Assembly (NCBI GenBank): GCA_977017645.1
Contig: OZ360233.1
Coordinates: forward strand, 21,390,001-21,454,000
DNA length: 64,000 bases
Direction of reading: 5' to 3'
Origin: Torpedo marmorata
Taxonomy: Eukaryota
The position numbers and the translations under genes were made by a program. The notes under the pieces were generated by a model, which did no database searches, was not told the origin of the DNA, and was given only the letters and a program-made list of their open reading frames with translations. Shown piece by piece: positions 51,408 to 63,901 of this stretch (position 1 is the stretch's first letter; every line of letters starts with the position of its first letter).

Positions 51408-51647
51408 GTAAGTGTTTTTAGCGCAGTTTCAGTAATTGTTGTTGCCCTGTTCCATTTGCACGAATAGTTCTCTGACTTTCAAATATGTCGTCGAAAATAA
51501 TGAAAGGCGTGAGTTTGAAATACCAAATAAGCTGCAAATGTGGAGTCTTTAACAGTAACTGCAGGAACATATAAACAAATCAAATAGCATATGTGAACAG
51601 ATTAAGTGAGTCAACGTTCAGATCAATTAGATTTCCATTGAATTCTT

Positions 51648-51683
<36 letters not shown>

Positions 51684-52324
51684 CTCCCTTATCTCACTCT
51701 GTCTCTACCGTTCGCTCTTTCCTTATCTCTCTCTCTCAGTGTCTATGACTGTCTGTCGCTGTTTGACTTTCCNNNNNNNNNNNNNNNNNNNNNNNNNNNN
51801 NNNNNNNNNNNNNNNNNNNNNNNNNNNNNNNNNNNNNNNNNNNNNNNNNNNNNNNNNNNNNNNNNNNNNNNNNNNNNNNNNNNNNNNNNNNNNNNNNNNN
51901 NNNNNNNNNNNNNNNNNNNNNNNNNNNNNNNNNNNNNNNNNNNNNNNNNNNNNNNNNNNNNNNNNNNNNNNNNNNNNNNNNNNNNNNNNNNNNNNNNNNN
52001 NNNNNNNNNNNNNNNNNNNNNNNNNNNNNNNNNNNNNNNNNNNNNNNNNNNNNNNNNNNNNAGAGATCACGCTATTCCTGGAGTTTATCTTTAAACAGAG
52101 GCAACATCTAGACTCATCTCGATTAACATCTAGGTGCAGGAGTAGGCCATTCGGCCCTTCGAGCCAGCACCGCCATTCACTGTGATCATGGCTGATCATC
52201 CACTATCAGTACCCCGTTCCTGCCTTCTCCCCATATCCCTTGACTCCACTACAACGAAAATCGGTTGATTCCTGTAAAAAAGAGTTCCGATGCAGAAAGA
52301 TGCAGGTGTCACTCCCAGAATAAT

Positions 52325-52805
52325 AGAAACAGAGACCACCACAGCACATAAATAAACCATTAGGCCCATCTAGTCCATGCTGAACTATTATTCTGCCGAG
52401 TTCCATTGACCTGCACCCGGTCCATAGCCCTCCATACACCTGCCATCCCTGTATCTAACCATTCTTTCTTAAATGTGAACATTGAGCCCGCATTCACCAC
52501 TTCAGATGGCATCACTTTCCACCCTCTCACCACTACCCGTGAAGTTCCCCCGAATGTTCCGTGTAAACATTTAACCTGTCACCCTTAACCTATGTCCTCT
52601 AGTTATTGTCTCACCCAACCTCAGTGGAAAATGCCTGCTTGACTTTACTCTATCAATAACGCTCATAATTTTATATACCTCAATCAAATCTCCCTCATTC
52701 TTGTACACTCCAGAGAATAAAATCATAACCTGTTTTACCTTTCCCTGTAATTCAGTTCCACATGCTCCGTCAAAATCCTTGTCAATCTTCTCTGCACGCT
52801 TTCAA
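52325..52805 (-). mobile_element. CR1 3' fragment
   Basis: Reverse complement of the 37620-38080 type sequence. Confidence 0.78.
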
Positions 52806-52850
52806 TCAAAATACCCTTGTAGTGTTTTTGTACCGGTGATTAGTACTGTG

Positions 52851-52910
52851 TGAATTATGATAACACAGGTCTGACATTCGGCCCAGGAACGAGGTTAACA
52901 GTGAAGCCCA
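52851..52910 (+). CDS. TRAJ: TRAJ segment NYDNTGLTFGPGTRLTVKP
   Basis: RSS TGTTTTTGT-12-TACTGTG (52823-52850); GTAAGT. Confidence 0.93.
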
Positions 52911-54077
52911 GTAAGTTTTTAAAATTCTAATTCATCAACGACCTTCTCTTTCTGCTTCATTTGTGTACCTGGTTATCAGATTTCCAGAGATGTGATATAA
53001 AATCGAGCAATTCGTATTATCCTGATGTATTTTTCAATATGCGGTTTTAATCTGGAATAATAACACGCTCTCATCTCTCTTTTCTCTACATCTTTCCCCT
53101 CTCTCCTCTATCTCCTCTCTCTCTTTCTCTCCCCCTCTATCTCCTTTCTCCCTCTTTCCCTTTCTATCTCCTCTCTCTTACTCTCCACTCTCTTTCTTTC
53201 CTCCCGCCTGCGTTCCTCTCATGCTCACCTCTCTCATTCCTCCTCGCTCTCTCTCTCCCCATCGCTTCTCTCTCCCCTCTCTCTCTCACTCTCTTTCCTC
53301 TCAGCCCCTCTTTTTCTATTTCCCTCTCTCCCTCTTTGTATCCTCTCTTACACTCTACAGTACGCATTTTCGTTCCTCCCCTACANNNNNNNNNNNNNNN
53401 NNNNNNNNNNNNNNNNNNNNNNNNNNNNNNNNNNNNNNNNNNNNNNNNNNNNNNNNNNNNNNNNNNNNNNNNNNNNNNNNNNNNNNNNNNNNNNNNNNNN
53501 NNNNNNNNNNNNNNNACTTTATCTTTAAACAGAAACAAGAATCATTCTCATCTGGATTAATGTCCGGCCATTTGATAATAGGTTCGTCTATGCATTTCAA
53601 CCAAGAGTCTCTCACAGTAATTTAGTCGCGTTCAAATGATACTAAGATAGTTGCAAAAAGAATAAAAAACTCTGCCGAACACGGAGACCATTCTTGTAAA
53701 AGTTTCAACTTGTATTAGATCTGATTATTTAAATGCAGTCCGGTCAGCATACCCGCGGATTTAAGGGCTAACGCATCAGATATTGGAACAATTCACCAAA
53801 ACCACAGCTTGCTTTTGAAAGTGATTGGGTCCTCTGCATTGTTTAAAGAACTCCAATTATTTTTACGTGCGTTCTGTGCAGTAAGATTTCACGAAATGTT
53901 TACAGTCCATTTGACTTATTGGTTTCGAGTGAGTACTTATTATTTTGGAGGGAATTCTATTAAAGGCATATTGATCATGTGAAAATGAGGTAGGAATGAG
54001 AACAATGTCGGTCTAAGATGTCATTTTCCAGATCAAAATAAGCCGGAGGTGTTTTTGTATCGGTGATTCGCATTGTG

Positions 54078-54134
54078 TGAATTATGGTAATGAGATAACA
54101 TTTGGCCCAGGGACGAGGTTAACAGTGACGCCCA
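54078..54134 (+). CDS. TRAJ: TRAJ segment NYGNEITFGPGTRLTVTP
   Basis: RSS TGTTTTTGT-12-CATTGTG (54050-54077); GTAAGT. Confidence 0.93.
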
Positions 54135-54511
54135 GTAAGTATTTCAAGCATACGTTCACCTTCCTTGTTATCTGTCTGTTAAATTGATGGATTCTGTTTC
54201 CCGACTCCAGAACTGTGGTCTAACACTGAGGAAATCGTATGATACAGAAATATAGTAATGGGTTTAACTAAGTGCAAAGGGTCGTTGGAAAATGTTTTAT
54301 TTTGCTAATAGGACAGGGTTGAATCTTTTCTGAGGAATGGAGAGGGGTGTCCGAGTAAGAAAGGAAACGTTCCAAGATGATTCAGTGTCGGGATAAGAGG
54401 GGATTGAAACTCCAGTCAAATGTTATGACTTGCTCTGACTTCCTCGGGGCTGCTGAGGATACGGGCCAACTGAGTAACCGGAAAAGTTTTGTGACAGGGT
54501 TCAACGTTCTG

Positions 54512-54563
54512 TAAATGGCTTGGGATCAGCTCCTCTCATATTCGGAGGTCACCTTCGAACCCA
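54512..54563 (+). pseudogene. TRAJ: TRAJ pseudogene NGLGSAPLIFGG (internal deletion, frameshift)
   Basis: AAGTTTTGT-12-CGTTCTG (54484-54511); GTAAGT. Confidence 0.8.
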
Positions 54564-55335
54564 GTAAGTTGGACAATACCTTTTTATGTTGCTCAACAAC
54601 CAGTTGCACGTCCGTACATTTAGTGTGTGTAGCTTATTGACACATGGTCAGAGGTTACATGTAGTCAGCCATCATATCATTTTCAAAGAAAGTGTGGGCG
54701 TGTAATCAATTATATGTTACTCAGCCACGGCCTTTTTCTGTCCAACTAAACGGCGAATATTCATCACAAATTGTATTCTATTTGTAACTGTGGGAACTGC
54801 CTATTACATTTTTGTAATAATGTCGCAGCTTAATGGAAAAAAAGATATGTTGTTCCAAATCTGGAATAAATACAAGCAGTTACATGGTGGATCCCCCTGA
54901 AATGTTAAAATCCGACAGAACATGTGATGAATCACGTCCAAAGAGAATTAGGTCACAAATACGCGTTTGAGGTTAATCCACCAATACTTGAACATTTACA
55001 ATGCGTCTATCAACTGATCTCTGAAATCGTGTCAGAACTAAATTATACTCCGTGGAAAGGATGTACTTCCTGAAGCTGTTTCATGGCCATTTTTTTAGGA
55101 ATAAATCTTGTTAGACAGTTTATCGTTCTTAAGAAATAAATGTCAGGTCTTCAGTTGTGAGTTCGGCAGAGTGAGTTCAGGAAGTAAATAACCTGACAAA
55201 TAAGCCTAATCTTCAATACTGTGATCGAGGTGGCTATGTTTCTATTGGAAAAAGTGAAAAAAGACATTGTATCGATGACGAGAGGATGGAAAGGTTGGGT
55301 TTAGAAGAAGGAGAGTGGGTTTATTCAAACAGAAG

Positions 55336-55562
55336 GGTGGCACGGTTGGTGTAGCGGGTAGCGCAACGCTGTTACAGCGTCAGCGACCAGGACCGGAACG
55401 GGGTTCGAATCCCGCGCTGTCTGAAAGGAGTTAGTATATTCTCCTCGTGTCTGCGTGGGTTTTCCCCGGGGCACCGGTTTCCTCCCACCGTTCAAAAATC
55501 GTACAGGAGGTGCAGGTTAATGGGGGTAAATTGGGCGGCACGGACTCATGGGTCTAAATTAT
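55336..55562 (+). mobile_element. V-SINE (HE1-like)
   Basis: A/B boxes and V-domain; near-identical to 19609-19848. Confidence 0.88.
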
Positions 55563-56175
55563 AACAAAAAAGATCCTAAAGGACACGCTGAGAGGCGGCG
55601 ATGCTTGAATATAGAGCAAACGCAATATGGCGGAGGTTCTCAGCGGGCCGAGCAACGAGATTTGGAAAAAAGGAATGGGCGACGTCTTGAACGTTTGCAA
55701 TCCGAAACGTCGACCATTCTTTTCTCTTGATCTAGTGAGTTCCTCAGGCAGATTCTTTTTGCTTAAGACCTTAATCGGCCTTGGCAGGGTTGATGTTGAG
55801 GTATTCAAGGTTCAAGATTCCTTTCATTGCCACGAAATAATACCTTAAAGTGTAATAGTGAGAAGAATGTCGAGTAAGGGGAGATAGTTACAAAATAACG
55901 GGCTGGTGACAGATGTGTTAAAGATCAATGAATTTAAAGGCATTGGCGAACTGGGGAGAGAAAGGGAGTTAAGGCCTGGAGCGATCTGCCTTGGTCATGT
56001 TGAATGGTAAAGCAGGATTGAGCGGTCTGGTGGTGTAGACCTATTCGTACTTGCTCTTCTGCTCTTGCATGCTTCAAACCTAACGGGAAGCAATCTGATT
56101 GGGAGTCGAGAAAACAAGGTCAACCTGGTATTGAATATAGTCCCGGGTGTTTTTGTACTGGTCGTTGATACTGTG

Positions 56176-56241
56176 TGAGTTCTGGTGGGGGCGATAGGAA
56201 GATAACGTTCGGACCAGGAACAAGGCTAACCGTGGCTCCCA
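56176..56241 (+). CDS. TRAJ: TRAJ segment SSGGGDRKITFGPGTRLTVAP
   Basis: RSS TGTTTTTGT-12-TACTGTG (56148-56175); GTAAGT. Confidence 0.93.
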
Positions 56242-56663
56242 GTAAGTTATCCCTACCTAATCTCTCAGTAAGCTAAGCCAGAATTGTTCATCTGGGTTCC
56301 AGATTTTCAAAAGAACCTCGAAAATTAGAAAATGCATCACCATTAAAAAAATACTACATGCTGCTGATTAGAAATAAAAACGAAAACGCAGGAAAATTCC
56401 AGCAGGATAGTCAGAGTCGGGGAGAGAGGCGTGGAGTCAACGTTTCATATCAATGACCTGTCTCCCTTTCTCTCCATACATGCCTGTTTGATTGCTATAA
56501 ATGCATTCAAAACTGCAAACTAAGATAATACATGCTCAGACTGAAGCATAAGATGCATATATTTCATCAGAAAGATGGGAGTGCCAGAAGGATATAGAGT
56601 TGAGTCGCTATTCTCCGGACAAAACAGCCTCGGGGTGTTTTTGTACCCGTGAATAGTACTGTG

Positions 56664-56723
56664 TGAATTCTGCTGCTAACGTTCTGATATTTGGACCAGG
56701 ATCTAAATTGACTGTCATACCCA
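56664..56723 (+). CDS. TRAJ: TRAJ segment NSAANVLIFGPGSKLTVIP
   Basis: RSS TGTTTTTGT-12-TACTGTG (56636-56663); GTAAGT. Confidence 0.92.
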
Positions 56724-57235
56724 GTAAGTGTTTCAAACAAAATTTGATCCACGTTCATCTCTTTGCGTTGGTCATTTGTAGAAATGTGAAATAAACAGGG
56801 TCGATTCGCAGTGTCCAGAAATATGTTCAAAGATTTACTTTAATTCGGGTGTACAGGGCATTGGGAATAACTGTGCTATTAAAATATAGGTGAAGCCCTC
56901 CCCATGATTAGAGATAGATATGGCGAATAATTGAAAGGAATATCCCAAGATGGACTGGGCAGGAGGATTACTTGCTATCACTTTGACGGTATCCAGAAGT
57001 GGTGGTGGAGGCTGCTTCAACAGGAATATTCAAAATACACAGAGATTTAAGAAAAATGGGTTATGGGTGTGAAGTAGGAAGGATTAGATTTTTGCGCAGT
57101 AGGTTTACATAGGTCGGAAAAATATCGTGGGCTGAGTGACCTGTAACTATGCTGCAATGTTCTATGTTCTACGGTAACAAGATAACTGATTAACTGTTGA
57201 AGAGAAATGGTTTTGCGGCAGGTTTGAACATTGTG

Positions 57236-57293
57236 TGTGTGGAGACATCCCCCCTCACGTGTGGACGTGAGACCAGCCTCACCGTAGAACCCA
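57236..57293 (+). pseudogene. TRAJ: TRAJ pseudogene CVETSPLTCGRETSLTVEP
   Basis: TGGTTTTGC-12-CATTGTG (57208-57235); FGxG->CGRE; donor GTGGGT. Confidence 0.78.
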
Positions 57294-57984
57294 GTGGGTG
57301 GAAGAAAATGTCGTTGGATTCAGCACCACCAACCACCAGTTGCTCATGTCCAGCTTAGTGCGAGCGATCTGATAAAATATTTTAACATGTGTATTTTCTG
57401 TCGGAGCATCCTCTGGATATGTGGGTGTTGCATATTACTCTGTTTGGCCTTTTGCTCCACACCTTCAAAACATAAAATGAAATAAATAATTGGAGACAAC
57501 ACTCAGCAGGTCGCGCAGCAGCTGGGGAGAGAGGAAGAAAGACATAGGGTCAACGTTTCCGATGAATAACACGTTCGGAACTGGCTAAATAGCATCAGAG
57601 TAATCGGAGATACAGCATAGAAACGCTATGCTTAGGTCTGCCGTTCTAGCGTCGACTGTCAACTATCCATTTCTGTTATCCCTACATTAATCCCATATTT
57701 TATCATATGTTCTATTCCACCCAGCCCGGGATCTCCCACAATGGTCGCTATTTCCAGTGGCTAATTAAACTTTGGATGTGGGTGGGAGGGACGGGAAGAA
57801 TCCAGCGGGAAACCAACGTCGTCGCAGAGATATCGTGCGAGCTCCACACAGACAGCACCCGAGGTCAAGATTGAATCCGGGTCTCTGGCGCTGTGAGGCA
57901 GCGACTCCACCAGCTACGACTCACTACGGTCCTAAAGTTCCAATGAAAGTTTATTGTTCCGGGATGTTAACTCTTGTTTCTTAC

Positions 57985-58435
57985 AACATTACAGCAGAGT
58001 TCAGGCCCTTCGGCCCACTATTATGTGCCGACTTATATAAGCCTACTCAGCAATCTAACCTTCCCTTCCTCCCACCAGTAACCCTCTATATTTCTTGCGT
58101 CCTCGTGCCTGTCTAAGAGTTTATTAATGTCCCTATTGTACCAGCCTCCACTACCATCCTGGCAATGCATTCCAGGCACCCACTCCTCTCTGTGTAAAAG
58201 TAATTGTCCCTGATTTCTCCCATAAACGTTTCTCCCCTCACCCTATGCAGATGTCCTCTAGTATTTGCTACTGTCGCCGCGGGAAAAAAGGATGCTGGCT
58301 GTCCACTCTATCTATGCCTCTCATAATCTTTTCGACCTCTATTAAGTCGCCTCTCATCCGTCTTCGCTCCAAGGAGAAATCCGTACATCTAATAACTTTG
58401 CCTTATAAGACACGTTCTCCAATCCAGGAATCATC
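57985..58435 (-). mobile_element. CR1 3' fragment
   Basis: - strand TTGGAGCGAAGACGGATGAGAGGCGACTTAATAGAGG (LERRRMRGDLIE). Confidence 0.8.
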
Positions 58436-58793
58436 CCGTTTCACCGAAGGCAGAGATTTGCTTTCCCTGAAATAATTTAAGAATTGCAAATGTGGGTTTT
58501 ATTGAAAGGCAACAGATGGGCAAAGATAAACGGTGAATATTGGCAAACCGCCTGGTTGTAGAAAACAATATAGAGGATAACCGAGTGAGTGTTAACTGCA
58601 AACGTTCTGTGACTGGAATAAAACTGTTCAGAAGGATCCGTGAGGGATATGGAAGTTATACAAATGAATTAAGGGATCATGAAACTTTCTGAATCAAATG
58701 CATGGACATTTTACCCCTTAACTCGCAGAGTAAAAGGTCATAACTGCATAGGTTTTGACTGAGTGGGTTTTTGTGGTGGCGAAAGACAATGTG

Positions 58794-58856
58794 TGAACTT
58801 AGGGGGTGCAGGGAAACTGATATTTGGAGATGGAACACGATTAACCATAGAACCCA
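58794..58856 (+). CDS. TRAJ: TRAJ segment NLGGAGKLIFGDGTRLTIEP
   Basis: RSS GGTTTTTGT-12-CAATGTG (58766-58793); GTAAGT. Confidence 0.93.
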
Positions 58857-59109
58857 GTAAGTAGTGCAGCAGGTTGGTGAATATTCAGCAGTACCCATGA
58901 ATGAACATAAATTATGCAATGCTGCAAGACTGAAATTTATTTTTTAAAATGATACCGTCTCTAGGAATTTCAAGCAGCATCTGTGGAAAAGGAAACGGAG
59001 ACAACGTAGATGTTTGGTTTTCCGTTTCTCTTTCCATAACTCAACTTTCCAAATGAATGTTACAGGGAGAGGTAATTAGATGTCCGGTGGCATTCTGCCA
59101 TGTTGGTTT

Positions 59110-59645
59110 AATTAAATATTATTGCGTTCGGTTCTGGTCGCCTCATTATAGGAAGGATACTGATGCTTTGGAGAGGGTGCAGATGAGATTTACCAGGCTG
59201 TTGCCTGGATTGGAGAGCGTGTATTATGAAGCAAGGTTGATAGAACTATGGCTTTTCTCATTCGATCGACGAAGGATGAGAGGTAACTAGAGGTATTTCA
59301 GATCATATGGGGCTTTTTTAGGGTGGAAAGCCAGCGCCTTTTTTCCTGGGCGACAATAGCAAATTCCAAATACCATCTGTTCAGATTGCATGGAGGAGAA
59401 AGCTTAGGGAAGAGGCCAGAGATATGTATTTTTACTCGGAGTGTGGTGGGTGTCTGGAATGCATTTCTGGGATGGTGGTGGACAATAGGGGCATTCAAAA
59501 GATTCTAAAATGGGCATATTGATGCAAGACAAATAGGGGGTTATGGGTGTGACGTAGGCAAAATTAGATTGTTGGGGATAAGGTATACATAGGAGGTCTG
59601 AATGGCCTGTACTGTACTTTGCTATAGTGTTCTATGTTCTATATT
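59110..59645 (+). mobile_element. CR1 3' fragment
   Basis: YCVRFWSPHYRKD..LERVQMRFTRLLPGL. Confidence 0.85.
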
Positions 59646-60169
59646 CCCCCCGAAGGTTGTACGGAGGTTGAGGCAACAACCATGCAGCATTTGGACTAGA
59701 ATCTGGCGGTCTAAAGGGACGTTTAGTCTCTATAAATCCCTCTCTGCGAATTCCTTAAGTTTGAATTGGGACATTTTCTCATCTTGTATCTTCGGGGCAC
59801 TGAGACACCGAGTTTAGTCACAAGGAGCATTAAATAACGTCTCACCTATCATCACATCACAGAGAAAATATGCTCACAATTACTAAAGTATTCATGCATA
59901 AAACGACAACCAGAACAAACGTTGCACCTCATTGTTTCACTGCACTTTCTAATAATACAGCTTAAGCTCTGCATCATTATTTAATATATCATACCGAACG
60001 CTCTTCCAATAATAGGCTTAAACAATATATCATTCAGTGATATATAACAAACGACATTATTCCATCGATAGATATAGATAGAATATCCTATTAATACATC
60101 ATAAATGACATAGGCCTCACAATGTAACTTATATAATATCTCTCATGAAATACAAAACATGTTATTCTT

Positions 60170-61100
60170 AATCTTTATTTTTAAATATTTTTATTTGTTT
60201 CATCAAGTAAATGTTACATAGGTACGTAATAATAAAATAAAGTATTAACAAATTACATATAATAATAAAAATGGTGGTAAGACCTACGTTACATTGAAAA
60301 TAGTTTTTTTTTAAAAACCTGAAAAAAAGCACTATACTAATTATCAATCCCCTCCCTTCAGAGGCTGCTGGCTAAACATAAACAGTCCACTACCTAATAA
60401 TAAAAAAGAAGGTAATCAATGGGTTCAAAAACCAACAATTAATTAATCTTACAAATTTTGAAAATAATTAAGAAAAGAACCCCATAAGGAAACAAAGTTA
60501 CGATTCATTTCAGTAGTGGAACATCTAATTCTTTCCAAAGTCAAACATGCCATCATATCAGACAACCATTGAGTTTGAGTGGGAGGGACAGCATCTTTCC
60601 ATCTCGTTAATATGGCCCTTCTAGCAATAAGGGAAGCAAGAACAAATACATGGGATTGTGACGCAGTCAATATTAGACCCATTGGCCCACTTATTCCAAA
60701 GAAAGCAAGAAAAGGATTTGGAGTCAAATTAATGTTAATAACTAAAGACAAGGTACGGAATACACCTTCCCAAAAATTAGAAAGAGAAGGACATAACCAG
60801 AACATATGATACAATGTACCTTCTTCAGTTATACATTGATCACATTTAGAATAAAAATCAGAATAGAATTTAGCCAATTGGTCTTTGGAATAGTGAACCC
60901 AGTGTACTACTTTAAATTGTAATAATGAATGACTGACACAAAGAGAGGATGAGTGCACTCGCTTCAAAATAGAGTCCCATGCAGTTTCAGAAATTAATTG
61001 TTGAAAATCTTGTTCCCATAGTTTTTTGATTCTGTCCAGGGAACTATCCCTCGAACTTAAAAGTAAATCATAAAGGACTGATAACATCCGTTTATGATCA
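60170..61100 (-). mobile_element. L1/Tx1-clade LINE 3' fragment
   Basis: ORF 60449-61087 with QFKVVH..CDQC..HMFWLCP zinc knuckle; A-rich tail. Confidence 0.85.
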
Positions 61101-61446
61101 GGTTTGAAACTATAATGTTATTCTTAATCAAGTGCAGACACTCTGTCTCCTAAAATAGCCCTAGGAAGTGAATCTCGTTCAGAGTTATTCGCTCTTACTG
61201 AATTACACCAAATCCTCATCTGTCAAATTGAGTTGGGCAGAATGTGCCAAAACTATAACCTGGCAGTGAGATCGGTTCAATTAATAACGCAATTAATGCA
61301 ATCCAGCGCCGTGAATGCAGTCAGCATTCTTTTAAAAAGATGCCAATTAATTTAGCAACACCCTGAATGTGATATTGACAGCGGTTCGGCCTAAAAGCCG
61401 CTCAGTTGCAAAAGACGGGGTTTTTGTTCATTGCATTTTCACTGTG

Positions 61447-61510
61447 GGATATGATGGATCAGATTATCGGCTAATATTCGGAGATGGGGCCAAGCTCACT
61501 GTAATTCCAA
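61447..61510 (+). CDS. TRAJ: TRAJ segment GYDGSDYRLIFGDGAKLTVIP
   Basis: Perfect consensus RSS GGTTTTTGT-12-CACTGTG (61419-61446); GTGAGT. Confidence 0.94.
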
Positions 61511-61527
61511 GTGAGTATGGATCGGTA

Positions 61528-61660
61528 AAAAACAGAAATTCTGGAGAAACTCAGCAGGTCAAACAGTGCATTTTATGTAGCAAAGGTTGAAATACATAAC
61601 CGACGTTTCGGGCTTGAGCCCTTCATCAAAGTATGAGAACATGCGGGCAGGTGTCCGACA
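61528..61660 (-). mobile_element. Penelope-like terminal (pLTR) fragment
   Basis: Close match to 9745-9865. Confidence 0.8.
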
Positions 61661-62518
61661 GTTCGTGTATAAATTAAGTTTAGGCTGGATTAAAATTTTA
61701 AAATGCATCTGTGAATGCTAAGAAACTTCGTCAGAGGCGACTAATAACTGCTGGCATTGGCAAAAGAGCCCATGGAGATTTTCACGCGTTATTGTAACCA
61801 AGCTAATACCGCACGTTGTTTAAATTGGTTGTTTTCTCTGGAACGTCGGAGAATAAGGGGGAAACCTCAGAGAAGTGTATTACATTATGAGAGGCAAAGA
61901 TAGGGTGGATGGTAAGAATCTTTTCCAATGGTTAAAAGTCACATACTTGAGGACATGCAATTAAAATGAAGCGGGGAAGGTAAAGGAGAAGTGCAGGGCT
62001 GTTGTATTTTTATACAGTAAGTGTAACGGTGCCTGGAACGGGATGCCAGGGAAGCAGGTACGATGGGAGAGTTTAACAGGCTTCTGAAGTGACACACGAA
62101 AGTGTACGTGCAGACGTTTAGTTTACTTTGGACATCACGTTTGGAGTAGACATCGTGGGCCGAATGGCTTGTTCCTTTGCTCTACTGCTCCATATTGTAT
62201 GTTCTCATTAAAAACTAGACAATAGCCCACGCTATAATATTCAAAAGCAGTATCCTGAACACAGGGAGTTCGCAAGTCTCTCCCTAATTCAACGTCAGCA
62301 AACTGACTCCAGTCTGAATTGTGCAAGGATATGTTAAGATAGAAAAGGTTACGTTTACGGGCTAGGGCCGTGTCGTTCTTGTAATATGCGGAATTAGTTC
62401 AAATTTAATTGGAAAATATGTCATTAAAATGGCCCCACGGGTCTTTGGTGGAATGGGCAACGAACGTGTTTCTCAGACTGCATCTCCCGGGGTTTCTGGT
62501 ATGGCATGTGCCACCGTG

Positions 62519-62581
62519 TGAGGTATAGCAGTGGCACCAGACTGATGTTTGGAAAGGGGACGAAACTCCTCGTGGAATCAA
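62519..62581 (+). CDS. TRAJ: TRAJ segment RYSSGTRLMFGKGTKLLVES
   Basis: RSS GGTTTCTGG-12-CACCGTG (62491-62518); GTAAGT. Confidence 0.9.
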
Positions 62582-63234
62582 GTAAGTGTGACAAATAAGT
62601 CATTGGGTTACGCACAAAATGGTCACGGCTCAATATGACACAATTCCATCCGTCGAGTCTAGCTCTTTACAGGCTCTTCGGATCACTTATCCATATCGAC
62701 CAAGTTCTCTCCTGGAACTGGTCCCTTTTGTCTGCGTGTGTCCTATATCCCTCTGCATGTTTATTATCCGTCAATCCAATCGTTTTATAAACTTTATAAT
62801 TGTACCCGCATCTCTCACCTCCTCTGGCATTTCGTTCTGTACAGAAACCAACCTCTGCGCAAGAAGAACATTTCCCGGTGCTGTTCCCTGGTGTACATTT
62901 TAGGTGGAACTAGACATAGCAATCTCAATTTCTCTGAGATTTCCGCCTCTCACCGTAACCTCTTATCTGACTATTTACCTGATTCATGCCCCCATGATTT
63001 TATAACCTGTAGAAAGTCAACCCTCAACCTTCTCTGCTCCATGGAGTAAGGTTTCTGATTTTACAACCTCTCATCATAACTTAAGCTGTTCGTTCCCAGT
63101 AATAATCTCATGAATATTTTCTGCATCCTTTCTAACATAATGACATATTTAGTTTCCGATTCAATTTGTGGACCTTTCCTTATCTCTGTGTTGTACACAA
63201 AGGGGAGGGAAATTGGAAGCATATTTACACTGTA

Positions 63235-63290
63235 GTGTGGCAGATACAAGTTGGTATTTGGATAACGGACGAAGCTGCCTGTGATTCCGA
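63235..63290 (+). pseudogene. TRAJ: TRAJ pseudogene CGRYKLVFG*RTKLPVIP
   Basis: Heptamer CACTGTA, no nonamer, in-frame TAA, GTGAGT. Confidence 0.8.
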
Positions 63291-63901
63291 GTGAGTGGGG
63301 AATAGTTCGTATTGGACTTGTTTCATGCTGGAGATATACATATATTGCAAATTTCATCAGAGTTTGAAAATGCAAATTTAGGACGTTATGTAATGTATAG
63401 GTAAATATCATTGAAGTATTGTTAATATAATTGAAAATGTATTGAACCTGCAAAAGATTCCACTCGAAAACAAATATCATCGAAGCCAATACCATCAACG
63501 TTGAAGCATATTGCTTTCGACCATGGTGGAGTAAAAATAAACATAGAGAGGATAAGAAATAGATGCAAGAGTAGACCATTCAGCTTCTCGAGCTTGTTCC
63601 TCAATTGAACTAGACGATTGCTGATACTTCAGCTCAAAACCATTTCCTCTGCTCTCCCCGTATTCCTTCAATGTACAGATATTCATCGATCTCCATTGTG
63701 GGTGAAAGTAGCTCTCCGCTGTACATAGCTACAAATAGCCATCACCCTGAGTGAAGTTATTTCTCCTCAATTCACTTCTAAATGGCCGAGAGCTCATTCA
63801 GAAAATATCCACCCCTTTATTTTAAGGGTCACCAGCCGCCTACTTTGTAGTTTGGTCCCTACTCATTGGCAAGAGTTTTTGTACGTCTATCACACACTGT
63901 G

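Noticed and set aside
17326-53625. ORFs containing long X runs
   Set aside because: Artefacts of N gaps (17374-17731, 27358-27589, 30052-30304, 32235-32486, 43879-44075, 51773-52061, 53386-53515); additional Js could be hidden in them.
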